Part shown: one piece after another, positions 46,237 through 47,215 of the stretch
Position numbering within the stretch: position 1 is the stretch's first letter
Layout of the letters: every line of letters begins with the position of its first letter
NCBI GenBank assembly: GCA_046759445.1
Contig: JBHICG010000022.1
Coordinates: 1 to 47,215 of the forward strand
Length of the DNA: 47,215 nucleotides
Direction: 5' to 3'
Source: Candidatus Scalinduaceae bacterium
GTDB lineage: Bacteria > Planctomycetota > Brocadiia > Brocadiales > Scalinduaceae
Notes under the pieces: model-generated
Told to the model about the DNA's origin: nothing
What the model saw: only the letters and a program-made list of their open reading frames with translations
Databases searched by the model: none
Position numbers and translations under genes: made by a program

Positions 46237-46355
46237 AAATTCAAAATTTAAAAATTCTAAATTTGAATTTGCATGTCCCGTCAGATAGTGAGCATCTTAC
46301 GGGGTGAATATTTCGATATTCAATATTCGGATTTACGTGATTTGAAATTTAAGGT
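46237..46355. repeat. 7-mer array with CCCGT...ACGGG mini-palindrome
   Basis: 46267-46308 matches 7901-7942 at 37/42; flanked by AAATTC-type units and ATTTCGAT/ATTCGGATTT units. Confidence 0.7.
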
Positions 46356-46525
46356 TTAATTCTTGCCCACCTGCTTGTCCAAGCAGTATGGCAGTCGGAA
46401 ATACAATTAGCATGGATGTGGTATAGCGTCTTACAATTGTGAGTAACGTTTTGATCACCGGATTTTTGGAGCAGAGCGGAAAAAATTCCAGTGCATTAAA
46501 TTGTTTAAAATCATATAAAATACCA

Positions 46526-47152
46526 TTAATCAGGTGTTTTTTTAGGAAATATTTTCCCAATAATAATATAATAAAAAATTCGTCTAATTAACTCCATTAA
46601 TAATATGTAACTTAAAGTAATAAAAAAACTATACATTAAAGCATTTTTAAAATTCCAAGTATAATAGGAAGAATATATATATTTCTTATTACTATATTTT
46701 ATGGGATCAAACTGTTTTTTTTTATTTATTTCATCGATTACTTTAATTTTTTCTTTATACGGAAGACCCAGAAAATCGTCTAGCATTTCTTGGTTGTTAA
46801 ATAAAGTCAATTGCTTTTCATATGTAAGATTTAGAAAATCATCAAGATTAACAATTTTAGGAAATTTTGGTAATAATTTTCTTTTTTTTGCTTCTAAAAA
46901 TAATGCTACTTTTTTTTCTCCTCCATATTTATAGAGAATTCTTTCTTGGTCATAGTTGTTTAGTTTATAAAAATCAGTATCATTTAAAAGAATTTCAATA
47001 GTTTCAGGAAGTTCCGCTGGGTGATTATCTCTAGCTAACTCGTGTAACGAGATTAATAATGTAAATATATAAATGGAAATATATAAAAAGATATAAATTA
47101 CTTTTAATAACCTGTACCAAACTTTTTCATTAAGCTCTTTTAAGGTTTTCAT
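46526..47152 (-). CDS. AT-rich hypothetical membrane protein with two TM helices
   Basis: 208-aa ORF; KVWYRLLKVIYI N-terminal TM, C-terminal TM ending RRIFYYII.G; internal DF..L repeats. Confidence 0.7.
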   Translation of the reverse strand: MKTLKELNEKVWYRLLKVIYIFLYISIYIFTLLISLHELARDNHPAELPETIEILLNDTDFYKLNNYDQERILYKYGGEKKVALFLEAKKRKLLPKFPKIVNLDDFLNLTYEKQLTLFNNQEMLDDFLGLPYKEKIKVIDEINKKKQFDPIKYSNKKYIYSSYYTWNFKNALMYSFFITLSYILLMELIRRIFYYIIIGKIFPKKTPD

Positions 47153-47215
47153 TTATTATATTAGGCTTATCCGGTTGACTGCCGTAGATGCAAGATGTAG
47201 TATATTGTGTCTATG

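Noticed and set aside
46333..47215. Integron cassette or IS end around the last ORF; 75-aa ORF at 46333
   Set aside because: No RYYYAAC...GTTRRRY attC pair was seen. GGCTTATCCGGTTGAC at 47164 has no partner in the window. The 75-aa ORF runs through hairpins and repeats.

Overview
Bacterial chromosomal window with low-to-moderate GC. Gene content and style suggest an anammox planctomycete (Brocadiales, Scalindua-like); this is inference only. From start to end it holds: the 3' end of an IS1182-type transposase with its terminal repeat; an 8-gene two-component signalling cluster (793-11502) whose intergenic spaces are packed with REP-like palindromes and periodic 7/8-mer arrays; a carbohydrate and glycogen locus (pyk, a glucosylglycerate-phosphorylase-like GH13_18, a frameshifted and truncated class II fba, a CBM48 protein, glgB, GH57/DUF3536, malQ); a second signalling block (HDOD pseudo-receiver, dCache kinase, response regulator); a UshA-like tetraheme protein with a DUF1573 partner; and housekeeping genes (ogt, truA, tRNA-binding protein, RluB-like, thiC, GATase, M24 peptidase, class II cytochrome c, clpP, tig, tRNA-Gly, tRNA-Leu, B12-radical SAM). 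The most notable non-genic signal is a hierarchy of very small palindromic elements inserted into one another, in one case with a clean 4-bp target-site duplication. Also notable are a ~64-bp mini-derivative of the IS1182 ends and a promoter-driven, G:U-rich, pseudoknot-capable RNA upstream of truA.
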